In this document: piece by piece, positions 42,578 through 62,351 of the stretch
Layout: every line of letters begins with the position of its first letter
How positions within the stretch are numbered: position 1 is the stretch's first letter
Assembly (NCBI RefSeq): GCF_009914755.1
Contig: NC_060941.1
Direction: 5' to 3' (one strand)
DNA: 64,000 bases
From: the human T2T-CHM13v2.0 reference genome, Homo sapiens
The notes under the pieces: generated by a model
The model's input: the letters and a program-made list of their open reading frames with translations, nothing else
Told to the model about the DNA's origin: nothing
Database searches by the model: none
Program-made: the position numbers and the translations under genes

Positions 42578-42774
42578 CTGCTTCAGTTGGGTCTCTGAAT
42601 TGACCTGGAGCTGACAGAGAGCACAGTGGAAGGCAGGGCTGGGCCCCTGCCGGCCGCCCCGGCCCCCTGTGACTCTCTTGGCTTTGTGTCCGGCACCTCC
42701 CCTGGACACCGGGCGGCCCCGGCTCCTCCGGGGAGCCCCTCGCTGACCTTCCATCATCCACCGGTGCTTGGCTC
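42578..42774 (-). CDS. ZNF385C: ZNF385C exon (AKHRWMMEG...[18 protein letters not shown])
   Basis: 197 nt, matrin/U1-type zinc finger CxxC, AG/GT flanked. Confidence 0.92.
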
Positions 42775-43310
42775 CTGGAGAGGGAAGAAGGCAGTCTCTC
42801 AGCAGCAGGAAGGGGTTGCAGGGGCCACAGAGACCCCCTCCACACTCATGCAATTTGGCTCTCCCTGTAAGCCTCACGGCTGCTCTGTGCACACATCGCC
42901 CTCCAGCCACACGTGGTTTCCCCTCCCAGCTTCTGTCCTTTCATGCCAGCCCCTCCTATGAAAGGCCTTTCTGCACTACAAATAGCTGCCTTCCCCTTTG
43001 CTTTGATCTCAGTCCTTTCCTTCTGGGTGTAATCTAAGGAGAGAGGCAGATGTCTCCTGTCTCCTGTGGAGTGACCCTTCAGAGATTTAGCGACCTTCAG
43101 TTCTTGCTGCCTCAGACTTCTCTTCCCAATTCTCCTTCCCCAAGGAGTAATGGGAGGACCCAGAAACGTCCGTTCAGTAACACACAAGCACAAAGCCTCC
43201 GCCATCCAACCCTTGAGCGAAGCACCCAGGAACTCAAGCCTGCCCTCATCTGGCGAGGCTTAGCTTCTGTCCCACCCTTTCCCTGGGCTCCAGCTCCTGG
43301 GACTACTGAC

Positions 43311-43601
43311 CTGTGTTGTGAGCCTGAAGCTGGGAGGCCGAGTTCACTGTCACCTTACACGTGGGGCAGTAGAGGTGCCCCTTCTCACTCCTGCCTTCCC
43401 CACTCATGCTGCTTCCCACGGCAGCTGCCGCTGGCTCAGGCCCCGGTGCCTCTCTCCCAGGCTCTGGGGAGCAAGGTGGGCAGGAGGAAGAAGAGGATGA
43501 GGAGGCAGCATCCAAGAGCTCTGAGTGGGCTGGCTCCCTGCATGTAGGGTCTGGAGTTGGTGGTGGCTGGAGTGGAGGCCCAAGAGGAGGGGCTGCAGGA
43601 A
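43311..43601 (-). CDS. ZNF385C: ZNF385C exon (VPAAPPLG...[21 protein letters not shown]); NAGNAG acceptor at 43601/43604
   Basis: 291 nt, phase 1/1, zinc finger CxxC...H. Confidence 0.9.
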
Positions 43602-44099
43602 CTGCTGCAGAGATGGAAGAGTGTGAGACCCAAGATGACGCTGCAGACCACGATCTTCAGCTCTGACCATGGAGGTGGCCTGGAGGGCCCCTGGTGGATG
43701 ACCAGCACTGAATTCCAGGCCCCACTTTTCTACCAACTCACTGGGCAGACTTGGGCCTCAGTTTCCCCATCTGAAATCATTAAGTTGGACACAGTGGTCT
43801 CAGAAAGCCCTCACAGCCCTCATATCCTTATTTGCTAACTTAAACAGAGATCACCAAAAAAGATGTACTAGAATGTTCAGAGAACACTATTCATAATATC
43901 ATAAAACTGAAACTACCCACATGTCCACCAACAGGAGAGCAGATTTTTAAAAAACAATGGTGCGGGCTGGATACGGTGGCTCATGTCTGTAATCCGAGCA
44001 CTTTGGGAGGCCGAGGCAGGTGGATCACCTAAGGTCAGGAGTTCGAGACTGGCCTGGCCAACATGGTGAAACCCTATCTCTACTAAAAATACAGAATTA

Positions 44100-44339
<240 letters not shown>

Positions 44340-44342
44340 TCA

Positions 44343-44585
<243 letters not shown>

Positions 44586-44798
44586 TTAAAAAAAAATAGT
44601 GGTATGATCCACGGTGGAGTACTACACAGCAATGAAAGAGAACAAACTACAGCTACACGCAAAAACATGGATGAATCTTACAGATATAATGAATGTTGAT
44701 GAATGTTTGTGAGAGATGAATAAAAACTAGATACCGGCCAGGCAGGGTGGCTCACGCCTGTAATCCCAGCACTTTGGGAGGCCGAGGTGGGTGGATCA

Positions 44799-45083
<285 letters not shown>

Positions 45084-45157
45084 CTATGTTTCACCAAAAA
45101 TAGGTAAAGCTGATCTATGCTGAGAAAAGTCAGGATCGTATTTACCATCAGAGGGGT

Positions 45158-45905
45158 TGTAGTTAGTTGAATAGTGTCTCCCCCAAAATTCACATCTATC
45201 TGGAACCTCAGAATGTGACCTTATTTGGAAACAGGGTCTTTGAAGATAAAATTAGTTAAGATGAGGTCATGCTGGGTTCGGGTGGGATTGATCTAGTGAC
45301 TGGTACCCTTATAAAAAGAGCTTGTGGAAACACAGGGACACACAAGGGAGAATGTGGAGATGGAGGTGGAGATTGGAGTGATGCGTCTATAAGCCAAGGA
45401 GTGCCAAGGAATACTGGCAGCCACCAAAGGCCAGAAGAGAAGCATGGGACACTTTCTCCTCTAAGCCCCCAAGAAGGAACCAATGCTGTCAACGCCTTGA
45501 TTTCAGACTTCTGGCCTCCAGAGCTGTGTGAAAATAAATTTTTGTTGTTTTCAGTCACCCAGGTTGTAGTCTCTTTTTTTGGGGGTGGGGGTGGGCAGGG
45601 GAGGTTAGAGACAAGGTTTTGCTCTGTCACCCATAGCTCACTGCAGCCTCGACCTCCTGGGCTTAAGCAGATCCTCCTGCTTCAGCCTCCTGAGTAGCTG
45701 GGACTACAGGTGTGCATCATCATGCCTGGCAAATAAATTTTTTGTAGAGACAGGGTCACACCATGTTTCCCAGACTGGTCTCAAACTCCAGGCTTAAAGC
45801 AATCCTCCCGCCTCAGCCTCCCAAAGTGTTAACCATCACAACATGTGAGCCACCATTCCTAACTTCACAAATGAAGTCATTTGTGAAGGCAGCCCTTGGA
45901 AATGA
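45158..45905 (+). mobile_element. MLT1 (ERVL-MaLR) LTR interrupted by an Alu, embedded in an old L1M fragment (about 43840-46040)
   Basis: GAATGTGACCTTATTTGGAAA...GACTTCTGGCCTCCAGA...AATAAATTTTTGTTGTTT MLT1 hallmarks. Confidence 0.8.
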
Positions 45906-46146
45906 ATACTTCAAGGTAATGACCAGGAGGAGGTGCAAGACAAGCTTCTGAGGTGCTGGTAACGTGTTTCCTGATCTGGGTGTGTTCAGCTTAGGAAAAT
46001 TCATGGCGTGGTACACTTGTGTGCCTTTGCCTGTCTGTATGGAATACTCCAACACAAGCAAAAAGAATAAGCAGAAATCTCTCAACCCCTTGTCGGAAAC
46101 CAGATTTGGAGTGGAGACGTGGGAAAGAGAAGAGCTCAGGACTGAC

Positions 46147-46312
46147 CTTTACTCTGTGGCTCTCCAGGGGCTCCACTGGCCAGCGTTGGGATTGGGGACA
46201 CTACAGCCCCATCCTGGGCCTGGGTGTGTGGCCTCTGCTTGCTCTTGGCAGCCTCGACAGCCTTGAGTTTTCTGGCGTGTTTGTGGCCTTTATAATGTGC
46301 CTCGGCCTGGTT
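46147..46312 (-). CDS. ZNF385C: ZNF385C exon ([23 protein letters not shown]...EPQSK)
   Basis: 166 nt, second half of a matrin zinc finger. Confidence 0.92.
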
Positions 46313-46543
46313 CTGGGGAGGGGAGGGCAAGAGGTCACCATTCACTGGCTGAGTCCACATGCCCCATCTGTGAACTGGAGCCCAGCAGGGGGACAGGTCA
46401 AAGGGAGGCAGGGCTCAGGTCACACAAAGGGCAAGTCCTTGTCCTTGTCATCATCATCACCATAGCACATGTGGCTCTGAGGTTTGCAGAATGTGTTCTC
46501 GCACATGAACTCCAAGGCAGGCTGCCTCTGGCTTCAGATCTGA

Positions 46544-46908
<365 letters not shown>

Positions 46909-47310
46909 TAACATCTCTCTGAGCCTGAGTCTCCTCACCCATAAACCCTGTGATGATAATACTGACCTCATGGGGTTGTCAGAATTACATGGGAACATGA
47001 ATTACAAGGGCCGAGTACATAGAGTAGGTGCTCAATGAATGTTAGTTATCAAGTGTATCAATGCACAAATGGAGAAAGCAGAGCAATCCCCACACTTTGG
47101 GGTGTATGTACCCCAGAACATTCATCCCTTTGTTCATTTGTTCAACAAGTCATTACTGAGCATTTGCTATTTGCCAGGCACTGTGCCCGGGGTCCGGCAG
47201 GAAGAAGAATGGTTCCTCCCTCAGAACGAATTCTCTCCTCCATCTTTTTTTTTTTTTGAGACGGAATCTCGCTTTGTCACCCAGGCTGGAGTGCAACGGG
47301 AGCAATCTAG

Positions 47311-47430
<120 letters not shown>

Positions 47431-48015
47431 TAGTAGAGATGGGGTTTCACCATGTTGGCCAGGCTGGTCTCTAACTCCTGACCTCAAGTGATCCACCCAC
47501 CTTGGCCTCCCAAAGTGCTGGGATTACAGGCATGAGCCACCACGCCCAGCCTCTCCTCCATCTCTTGCAGGACTCATGGAACCAGAAGGCCTGAAGGGAA
47601 TCCTCAAATCTGGTCTGTCAGTGTCCTCCCTCCAAGGGTCCTCACTTGCTGCTCCCCGGCCCACCTCCTTGAAACATGGGAAAGACAGGCCCCCATGGCC
47701 CCTCCCTGGATGCTATACCACAGCAGTTCTGCTGGCATCCAACCGAAACCCCAGATTGCCTAACAGGAGGTAGACCTTCCCTGGGAGGCCAGAATGAGGT
47801 TCCTCCTCTACCTAGTGGTAAGATGTAGTAGAAAGGGGTAGGCTGTAGTAGAAAGTCATAGACCTTGGGGTCAGCCAGGCCTGGATTCATATCCCAGCTT
47901 TGCTACTTACCAGCTGTGTGGTCTTAGGCAAGTCACTTAACCTCTCTAAGGCTCACTTTCCTCATCTGAAAATCGGGGATTATAATAGCGCCTCTAGGCC
48001 AGGCGCGGTGGCTCA

Positions 48016-48321
<306 letters not shown>

Positions 48322-48752
48322 TCACAGATGTATCATGAAAACTATTATTTAAGGGGATGGGCATGATCACATTCTGTAAACTCTCAGGTGCCTTAAGAGC
48401 TCAGCTCCAGACCAGGAGCTGATGAGATGGGCCACTGGGACCTGGAGTGGAGGAAGGGCAGTCTTCTCTCTTGCAGAAGGATCCAGAACACAGGAGAGAG
48501 GCCTGGGGGGAAGGAAATGGAATCCCACTGGGCTACAGCTGGGCAGAAGGGGAAGGGGCAGAAGAATCTAGAGAGAGGAGAGGATGCGATGGTTAAAGGA
48601 CCAAGAGTGCCTCTTCTGCAGCCAGGGTGGAAAATACAGACCACAGCCCCTTTGCCACTGATATTCCTCCCAGAAGGACTCTGAAAGCCCAGCCTCCAGC
48701 CCTCTCCCTGCCCAGCCCCCTCCCCAGACCTGCTTTCACTACTTTGTCTCAC

Positions 48753-48863
48753 CGCTGAGTTGAACCTCAGGTGACAGATGTTACAGGAAATGAACAGCTT
48801 CTTCTTCAGAGGGGAGGGGACACCAAACGTGTGGCTGATGACAGCTTTCTGGACCGGGTCCAT
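48753..48863 (-). CDS. ZNF385C: ZNF385C exon ([37 protein letters not shown])
   Basis: 111 nt, ZNF385-family signature [14 protein letters not shown]. Confidence 0.95.
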
Positions 48864-49146
48864 CTGTGAAGGGAGTGGGAGGGCATAATAACTCTGGGGT
48901 TGGCTTGGGAAGCAGGGGTCGGGGGCAGCACAAAATGCCCAAAACTAAAGATGACTGAAGAGGGCCTTGGTCAGCTTCTAGGAAGAACTTTTCCATCCTG
49001 TGGATGTTGGAAAGAGAAACAGCTGGGCCAGGCGCGGTGGCTCACACCTGTAATCCCAGCACTTTGGGAGGCCGAGGCAGGCAGATCACCTCAGGTTGGG
49101 AGTTCAAGACCAGCCTGACCAACATGGAGAAACCCCATCTCTACTA

Positions 49147-49311
<165 letters not shown>

Positions 49312-49636
49312 TCAAAAAAAAAAAAAAGAAAAGAAAAAGAAAAAGAAAAGGAAAGAAAGAAGAAGAAACAGCTGCCTGGGTGCAGTGGCTCACGCCTGTA
49401 ATCCCATCACTTTGGGAGGCCAAGATGGGTGAATCACCTGAGGTCAGGAGTTCAAGACCAGCCTGGCCAAGAGAAACTCCTTCTCTACTAAAAATACAAA
49501 AATTAGCCAGGTGTGGTGGCACGTGCCTGTAGTCTCAGCTACTCAGGAGGCTGAGGCAGGAGGCTTGAACCTCAGAGGCAGAGGTTGCAGTGAGCTGAGA
49601 TTGCGCCACTGCACTCCAGCCTGGGCAACAGAGTGA

Positions 49637-50365
<729 letters not shown>

Positions 50366-50871
50366 TGAGCCACCGTGCCCAGCCATGACGACCTCTCTTG
50401 AGAGAGTGAGAGCCACAGCCAGGGGAGGTGGGGGGCCAGTAGGGGGCAGGGAGCAGCAAGTGGAGGCCTAAGGTTCCCCAAGGAGTAGGATCGTTTCTTT
50501 GGAATATTAATTTGGATTTTTTTTCTTTTCCTTATTATTTTTTTGAGATGGAGTCTCCCTCTTGTCGCCCAGGCTGGAGTGCAATGGCGGAGCCAAAATC
50601 TTGCAACCTCCGCTTCCTGGGCTCAAGCGATTCTCCTGCCTCAGCCTCCCAAGTAGCTGGGACTACAGGTGCCCACTACCATGCTCGGCTAATTTTTGTA
50701 TTTTTAGTAGAGATGGGGTTTCACCATCTCTGTTGGCCAGGCTAGTCTCAAACTCCTGACCTCAGATGATCAGCCCACCTCAGCCTCCCAAAGTGCTGGG
50801 ATGACAGGCATGAGCCACTGCACCTAGCTTCTTTTCCTTATTTTAAATCATTTTTTTCTTCTATAGAATTA

Positions 50872-51060
<189 letters not shown>

Positions 51061-51907
51061 TTATATAAAAATAAAATAAAATAAAAAAGGAACTTTCCAA
51101 ACCTTCCCAAGAAAAGAAAACAGAGCTTAGAGAGAAGAACATGGGTGCAGAAACTTCCCTGAGAACAGAAAGTGGTTCAAATTTTCACAGCACCCAGGGC
51201 CAGCAAGGGGCTCAGGGGACAGGACCTCAGAGGAGAATGGCCTGCAGGGGCCCCCTGCAATTGGAACCATGCCATTCAACAGTGAGCCTGTCAGCAAGCG
51301 ACAGCAAGGACTCAAGACCAGAGGACCACCCCCCAAATGCCTCAGACTCCTTAGGACCTCTGTCTAACTCTGGAGGGTGGGAGGGAAGGGATTCCTAAGT
51401 GTGACTGAGGTGGAGTTTGCCACCATCTGCTCAGGATGGGGCATGCCACACCCATGATTTCACTTGAGTTTTCAAAATTTAAAAAAACAGAGATGGTTGC
51501 TGATCCCTCATATAGTGAATTAAAATTCATATACTTGTTATGCACACGTGTACAAGGAAATGTACAGACTAGGACACACACACAGCACAGAAGCTTCAGG
51601 CAGTTACAAATGCTCAGACAAGCAGAACAATTCACACTCATGCACACAAAGGGCACATGACCACAGGTAAACTCACAATCACCCAAGCCACACAAAAACA
51701 CGCATGCTCAGAGGGCAGATACACGCCAAACACACAAAAGACACAAGGACACAATAAACCCTCAGATTGTGCAGGCACATACCTTAATTACATAAAATTA
51801 CCCATGCACAAAGAGTTGTTTACAAACACACGTTGGACACCAACACACAAACTCACATCCACATATAACATACAAAACCTATAGAAACTACAACAAAAAG
51901 GCACAGG

Positions 51908-51910
<3 letters not shown>

Positions 51911-51942
<32 letters not shown>
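51911..51942. repeat. (CA)16 microsatellite at the end of a CA-rich low-complexity tract (51540-51960)
   Basis: Seen directly in the sequence. Confidence 0.9.
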
Positions 51943-51947
<5 letters not shown>

Positions 51948-52259
51948 TCCACAGGAGCGCCTACACAGAAGCTTAAGTGGAATGCACAGACTACAGGCCC
52001 TTGCAGGCCCAGCAGCTATGATGGTGGGGGTGGGGAAAGGGCTGACACCATCTTGTTCCCCAGCCTAAGAGAGAGCGGGTCCCTCTCTTAGGATCCCAAA
52101 TAGGGGTCCCTATTTGGGGAGCACCTATCCCCTCTGGGGGATGTTGGAGAAAAAGCTCCTGGTTAGACCCAGCTGCTGAGAGCTGGACCCTCTGAACCCA
52201 CCTTCTGTGCCCACCCACAAGCTTGTGTGCATGCCCCCACCCGCCAGCCCAGCCCATAC

Positions 52260-52408
52260 CGTGCTGAAGTTGGGGAAGAGACTGAGCGGGGCAGCGCCAT
52301 TGAAGTGGAAGGCGAGCAAGTGCTTGAAGTCCAGCGGGGGCTGCAGAGGCCGGGTGGGCAGGGGCAGGGAGGCCAGCAGGGGGCTGGGGGCGCCGGAGGC
52401 CGGGCCTG
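52260..52408 (-). CDS. ZNF385C: ZNF385C exon ([12 protein letters not shown]...[10 protein letters not shown]); NAGNAG acceptor at 52408/52405; upstream exon(s) not seen in the window
   Basis: LSLFPNFST family motif, ACG|GTATGG donor. Confidence 0.88.
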
Positions 52409-52773
52409 CTGCAGGAGGAAGAAGGGCAGGGTCTGAAATGGGCTCTGTCCTACCCCCGTGGCCAGAACAAGAGGCGGGTGGGCTTCTTGGGTGTGGAGCT
52501 GGGCAGAAACCTGTGTCTCTCTTCACAGAGTGGCACCAGCCAGACCCATAGTGATTATAGCCCCCTTCTCTGTGCCCTTCCTCCCCACAGCTGGGGAAGC
52601 AGAGGCAGGGAGTCCACAGTTGAGGCTCCCAGCCCAGAGGGATGACCCTCCTGCCCCTACTGAGGCAGCATACTGAACCCCAGGGCAGCCCAGCCAAGAG
52701 AGGGACAGAGGGGTCTGGGCAGGCCCTGACACACACACCACCATGGAGACTGCATGATGTGCTGGGATTCCAT

Positions 52774-52779
52774 TTTATT
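52774..52779 (-). terminator. AATAAA, probable C17orf113 poly(A) signal
   Basis: TTTATT on the plus strand followed on the minus strand by GU-rich GGTGGTGTGTGTG; about 1.45 kb after the C17orf113 stop. Confidence 0.65.
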
Positions 52780-53410
52780 GCAAATTAAACTCAAACCCAG
52801 GGGTATTAGGAAAAGGCTAGCCCTCGCCCCTCTCACTCTCTAACTATCCTCCCTCCCTCCAGATCCCCAGGATTTCATGGCCAGGGCTGACAGGAGGGAA
52901 TGGGAAACCCATGGGCTCTGAAGGGATGTGCTCCCCAGCTCTGATGAGGCCTAAACTGCTTCCCCCAGGAGGTAAATAAGCCAACATTCCTGGGTTGGGC
53001 CTCGACGCCAGTCCTTGGAGGTGGCAGGTACAGCACTGTGGTTTTGCAGTCTTTGGTCTTAAAGGTCTGAGGCAAGGGCAGGGGAGGGGTAGGAACTTGG
53101 AGAGCAACTGGACTTTGAGGAAGAAAATATCAGAAAAAAAAAAAAATCCAGCCCATCTGGGGCTTTTTTCGACCCTGTCATTGCAAAACCAAAAGTAGTC
53201 CTTTTAGATGTTTGTGTGGTAACACTATGAAAGATAGCATAGATTTATTTCACATTTGTAGGTTTTTATGTCTATATACACAGTTATACACAGAAAAGGC
53301 CTGAGGCTGCCTATTGGTGAGGAGGGAAGGAAGGGAACCACTATCTCTCTGGAACCATTGGCCCTTGAACCACCAGCTTGTGTACAGAGAGGACACTGTG
53401 CTGTGTGTCA

Positions 53411-53863
<453 letters not shown>

Positions 53864-54226
53864 CTAGTCTTCCTTCCCCAAGCCAAAAACTCCCATCTTT
53901 GGGGGGACCCAAACTTGCCCCGAGTCCAGAAGGGAAAAGGGTGAGCTACTCCTCATCTAACTGTGTAAAGGCCAGGAATGATTTAGGGTACCCCAGATCC
54001 TAGCATCTCTGCCCACCCGCCCAGGCCCCTCTTGAGCCAGTCCCTTCCTCCACAGCCCACAGGGTGGGGGGGTTGGTGGGAAGCTCCAGAAGGGCGGGTG
54101 GATGGCCTCAGGCCCCTGGGAGGCTGCAGTCAGCAGATCATCTTGGGTGCAGCATGGTCAAGTCTAGGTTGGCCCTTACAGTGCCCAGGGCCCCAGGCTG
54201 GATGGGCCGAGGGAAGGAGGCCACCC

Positions 54227-55831
<1,605 letters not shown>

Positions 55832-56586
55832 CTAATCCTGGCTTTGCCACTTACTGGCTGTGCTACCTTCGGCCAGTCACTTCACCTCTCCGAGCCTCAG
55901 TTTTCTCATCTCTACAGCTCCTGGCCTGTCTAAGAATATCCTCCCACCCCGGCCTCCCACCACACCCGGTCTAGTTTTCTCAGCTCTTATACCTGCTGTC
56001 AGCTAATACCAGCCCGAAATCTTCTCAAAGCTTGTTGTGAATTATAAACATCAACTTTTGTTGTGGTAAAAGCACTTTATGAATCATAAAGAGCTCTAGG
56101 AAAGCTAGTTTTTTCACTGTGTTTTTCTATAGCATCATCCTAGTCTGCCCTATTCCTGGGGGTCTCCCTCCACTGTCCAGCTCAGTGATTAACTGATAGG
56201 CACACTCACTCCTAACTCCCAACCAGTCACCCTGGGTCCCAGCTGTGTGCTGTTTCTCTATTTGTCATCTCTGTAGGATGAGATCCAACTCCCCCACCTC
56301 CAACCCAGCCCATAGGACTTACACAGTTAGTACCTAGGACAGAGCTGCAATTTGCATGCTTCCAGGGGCCATGTGAGTGATATTGAGCTTGGAGAGGGCC
56401 AGGGATAAGCCAGAGGGAACACCCTGCTCTCCAACTCCAGCACATCCTGCTCTGAGAGCATGGGGACCTTGCTTTTCAACACAAGTCACAAATCTAGATT
56501 TTTATATGTAATCTCCTGAGTTTTTTAAAAGTTGAAACACATTCGAGTTTTTCAAAAACATTATGAAAACCAATTAAACAGGCTCA

Positions 56587-57057
<471 letters not shown>

Positions 57058-57217
57058 TTAAATACATCTGTGGGTCAATCAAGCCTCCAGGCCACCAGTT
57101 TGCAACGTCTGATTTAGGCAGTGAGAAGAGTGCCCCTGTGCCCGCTAAGAGGCCTGGTCTGGCCTCTTCACTGTTGTATCCCTGCAGCTGGCCCAGGACC
57201 AGGGACATAGGCTCTCA

Positions 57218-58027
<810 letters not shown>

Positions 58028-58626
58028 CTAACAGGGCCCATCCATCTAAGCCTGGAGAGTTTATTCCTGCTCTGCCGGTGGGAGACTGGAGATGAAAGAG
58101 ACAGGCAGAGGTGTTAGGGGTCTGTCATGGTAGGGGTGGTTTAGGGTGGAGTGGTAGGCTTCATGCTGCCCACAGAGTCCTCCCAGCTGAGGGGTGGAGG
58201 GACTCACTGGGGCAGGGGCTCTGGGCAGTGGGTGGAGTCATGCAAAGGGCCCTAGAGCATTATCCAAAGCAGGGGAGGTATGGGGACCCCAGCCCCCTCC
58301 CAGGGTCTCTTTCCACCCAGGACAAGGCACTAATTCGCTTTGACTGATGAAGCATCTCAGAACTGGAAAGGCTGGCATCACCTAGGCAACTGTATTTTAT
58401 AAAGGGGAAACTGAGTCTGGAGACAGGTAGTGGTTCTCAGGGCCCATGAGGAGTTCATAGTGAACCAGGACTAAAACTCAGAACTCTCAACTCCTAGCCC
58501 AAAAGATGACTGTGCCCTTCAGCCCACAGTCATCTATTTCATCAGAAGGAAATCAGGCCAGGCATGGTGGCTCACTCCTATAATCCCAGCACTTTGGGAG
58601 GTGGCTCACTTAAGCCCAGGAGTTCA

Positions 58627-58914
<288 letters not shown>

Positions 58915-58917
58915 TCA

Positions 58918-59134
<217 letters not shown>

Positions 59135-59325
59135 TCAAAAAAAAAAAAAAGAAAGAAAAGAAATCAGCAGAAAGCTGATTCTTTCCAAGACACAGGAAGA
59201 TTTGCTTTCTCTAAAGCTCCATTCCTTACACACACAGGTGAACACACACTCACACTCATACCCATTGGTACTGTGGTTCTGGGATGGGTAGCCCAGACCT
59301 GGGGCCTCAGACTGAAGGCAGCTAG

Positions 59326-59643
<318 letters not shown>

Positions 59644-60755
59644 TAGCCACGATGGTCTCGATCTCCTGACCTTGTGATCCGTCCGCCTCGGCCTCCCAAA
59701 GTGCTGGGATTACAGGCGTGAGCCACCGCGCCCAGCCAATTTTTTATATTTTTAGTAGAGACGGGGTTTCACCGTGTTAGCCAGGATGGTCTCGATCTCC
59801 TGACCTTGTGATCCGCCCGTCTCGGCCTCCCAAAGTGCTGGGATTACAGGCGTGCGCCACCGCGCCTGGCCTTAACTCTACCTTTTAATTATCTCTCCAA
59901 CCTGTGTCCTCGTCTTCATGCCTAAATGTAACTACCATTTCTGGAATGTGAACTGAGGCCCTGTGCTAAGTGCTTTACAACGATCCAGGGTCAGACCCAG
60001 ATGACTCTCTGTGGCTGAGATATTATCCTTTTGGAGAGGACAAAACTGAGGTCTGTGACTTTAACTGGCTTGCTCCAGGATTCATAAGCAATAAGTAGCT
60101 GAGGCTCAATCAGAGTGACCTCCTGACCCCAAAGGCTGTACTGAGACCCTGGTCTGTACCGTCTCTCTCCCTCCAGCTGCCTAGCCTTGGCCCAGTTCAG
60201 GCCCTCACGGTATCACCTGGATCACTGCAGCTGCCTCGGTCTCTGCATGGTCATTTCCCCCAGACTCATCCCTCACCCAACAGCCAGAGACAGCAAGCTC
60301 ACACATAGATCCAACTGTGTCACTCCCTAGTTTCCACCTCTTTACTGATATCCCACTGCCTAAGTCTACACACCTAACCACAAGCCAGCAAGGCCCTCCC
60401 CAGCCTCTGAATACTTCTGTTAATAGAGCCTCCCGCCATTCCTGTCTGCCCAATCAATCCTGAAGGCTTGCATTCCCAGTAGACACCAAGCTGTTACTTT
60501 GTCCCTGCCTTCATCCTCTGAGCCTAGAATTCCCTCTCCCTCCTCTTTCCTTACTAATTCCCACTCATTGCCTGAGAGCAGCTCAGATATCCCTTCTGCC
60601 ATGCTGATCCCCACAACCTGGGCTGGTAGCCATCCTCTAGTTCCCCACAGCTCCCTATGCGTGAGTCTTCATGACACAATATGGTGAATACAGGGATTCT
60701 GTACATATCTCTGCACTGAGTTCCTAGAAGCCAAGACCATGTTTGTTCATTTTCA

Positions 60756-60971
<216 letters not shown>

Positions 60972-61401
60972 TTAGCTGGGCATGGTGGTGTATGCCTGTA
61001 GTCCCAGCTACTCAGGAGGCTGAGGTGGGAAGATCACTTGAGCCCAGGAGTTCAAGGCTATAGTGAGCTATGATCATGCCACTGCACTCCAGCCTGGGAA
61101 AAATTGTGAGAACCTGTCTCAAAATAAATAAATAGATAAAATTTTAAACTAAAAATAAAAATATGAGAGGCCAAGGCAGGAGGATCACTTGAGCTCAGGA
61201 GTTCAAGACTAGCCTGGGCAACACAGCAATACCCAGTCTCCAAAAGATAAATAAATAACATTTAAAGATAAAATAAAAATAGAAAACCATGCCAACACAT
61301 TAAAAAAGAAATGAATGGATTCATTTTGGCCACATGAAAGAACTCTTGTTTCTGAGACTGTCAATTAGATGATATTTTTTTTCCTTTTTTTTTTTTTTTA
61401 A

Positions 61402-61786
<385 letters not shown>

Positions 61787-62228
61787 TGATCCGCCCGCTT
61801 CAGCCTCCCAAAGTGCTGGGATTACAGGTGTGAGCCACTGCGCCTGGCCCCGGCTAATTTTTTTGAATTTTTAGTAGAGACGGGGTTTCACCGTGTTGAC
61901 CAGGCTGATCTCGAACTCCCGACCTCAGATGATCCGCCCATCTCAGCCTCCCAAAGTGCTGGGATTACAGGCGCCTGGCCCAATTAGACGATCTGAAGCT
62001 CTGAGACTGCAGTAACTGTCTTGTCCACTTGACAGGTATACCAGTGCCCTGTGTGGAACCAGCACATAGTAGGTGGGTAAAACAAGGGCAGATGAGGAGA
62101 GTTCCAGGGCCGGCTGGTTTGGTGCAAGGAAAGGCTGCCAGATGCAATTGTAACTTCTTGGCCCTCTTCCTTGGGACTTTTTTTTTTTCGAGACAGAGTC
62201 TTGCTCTGTTGCCCAGTCTGGAGTGTAG

Positions 62229-62351
<123 letters not shown>

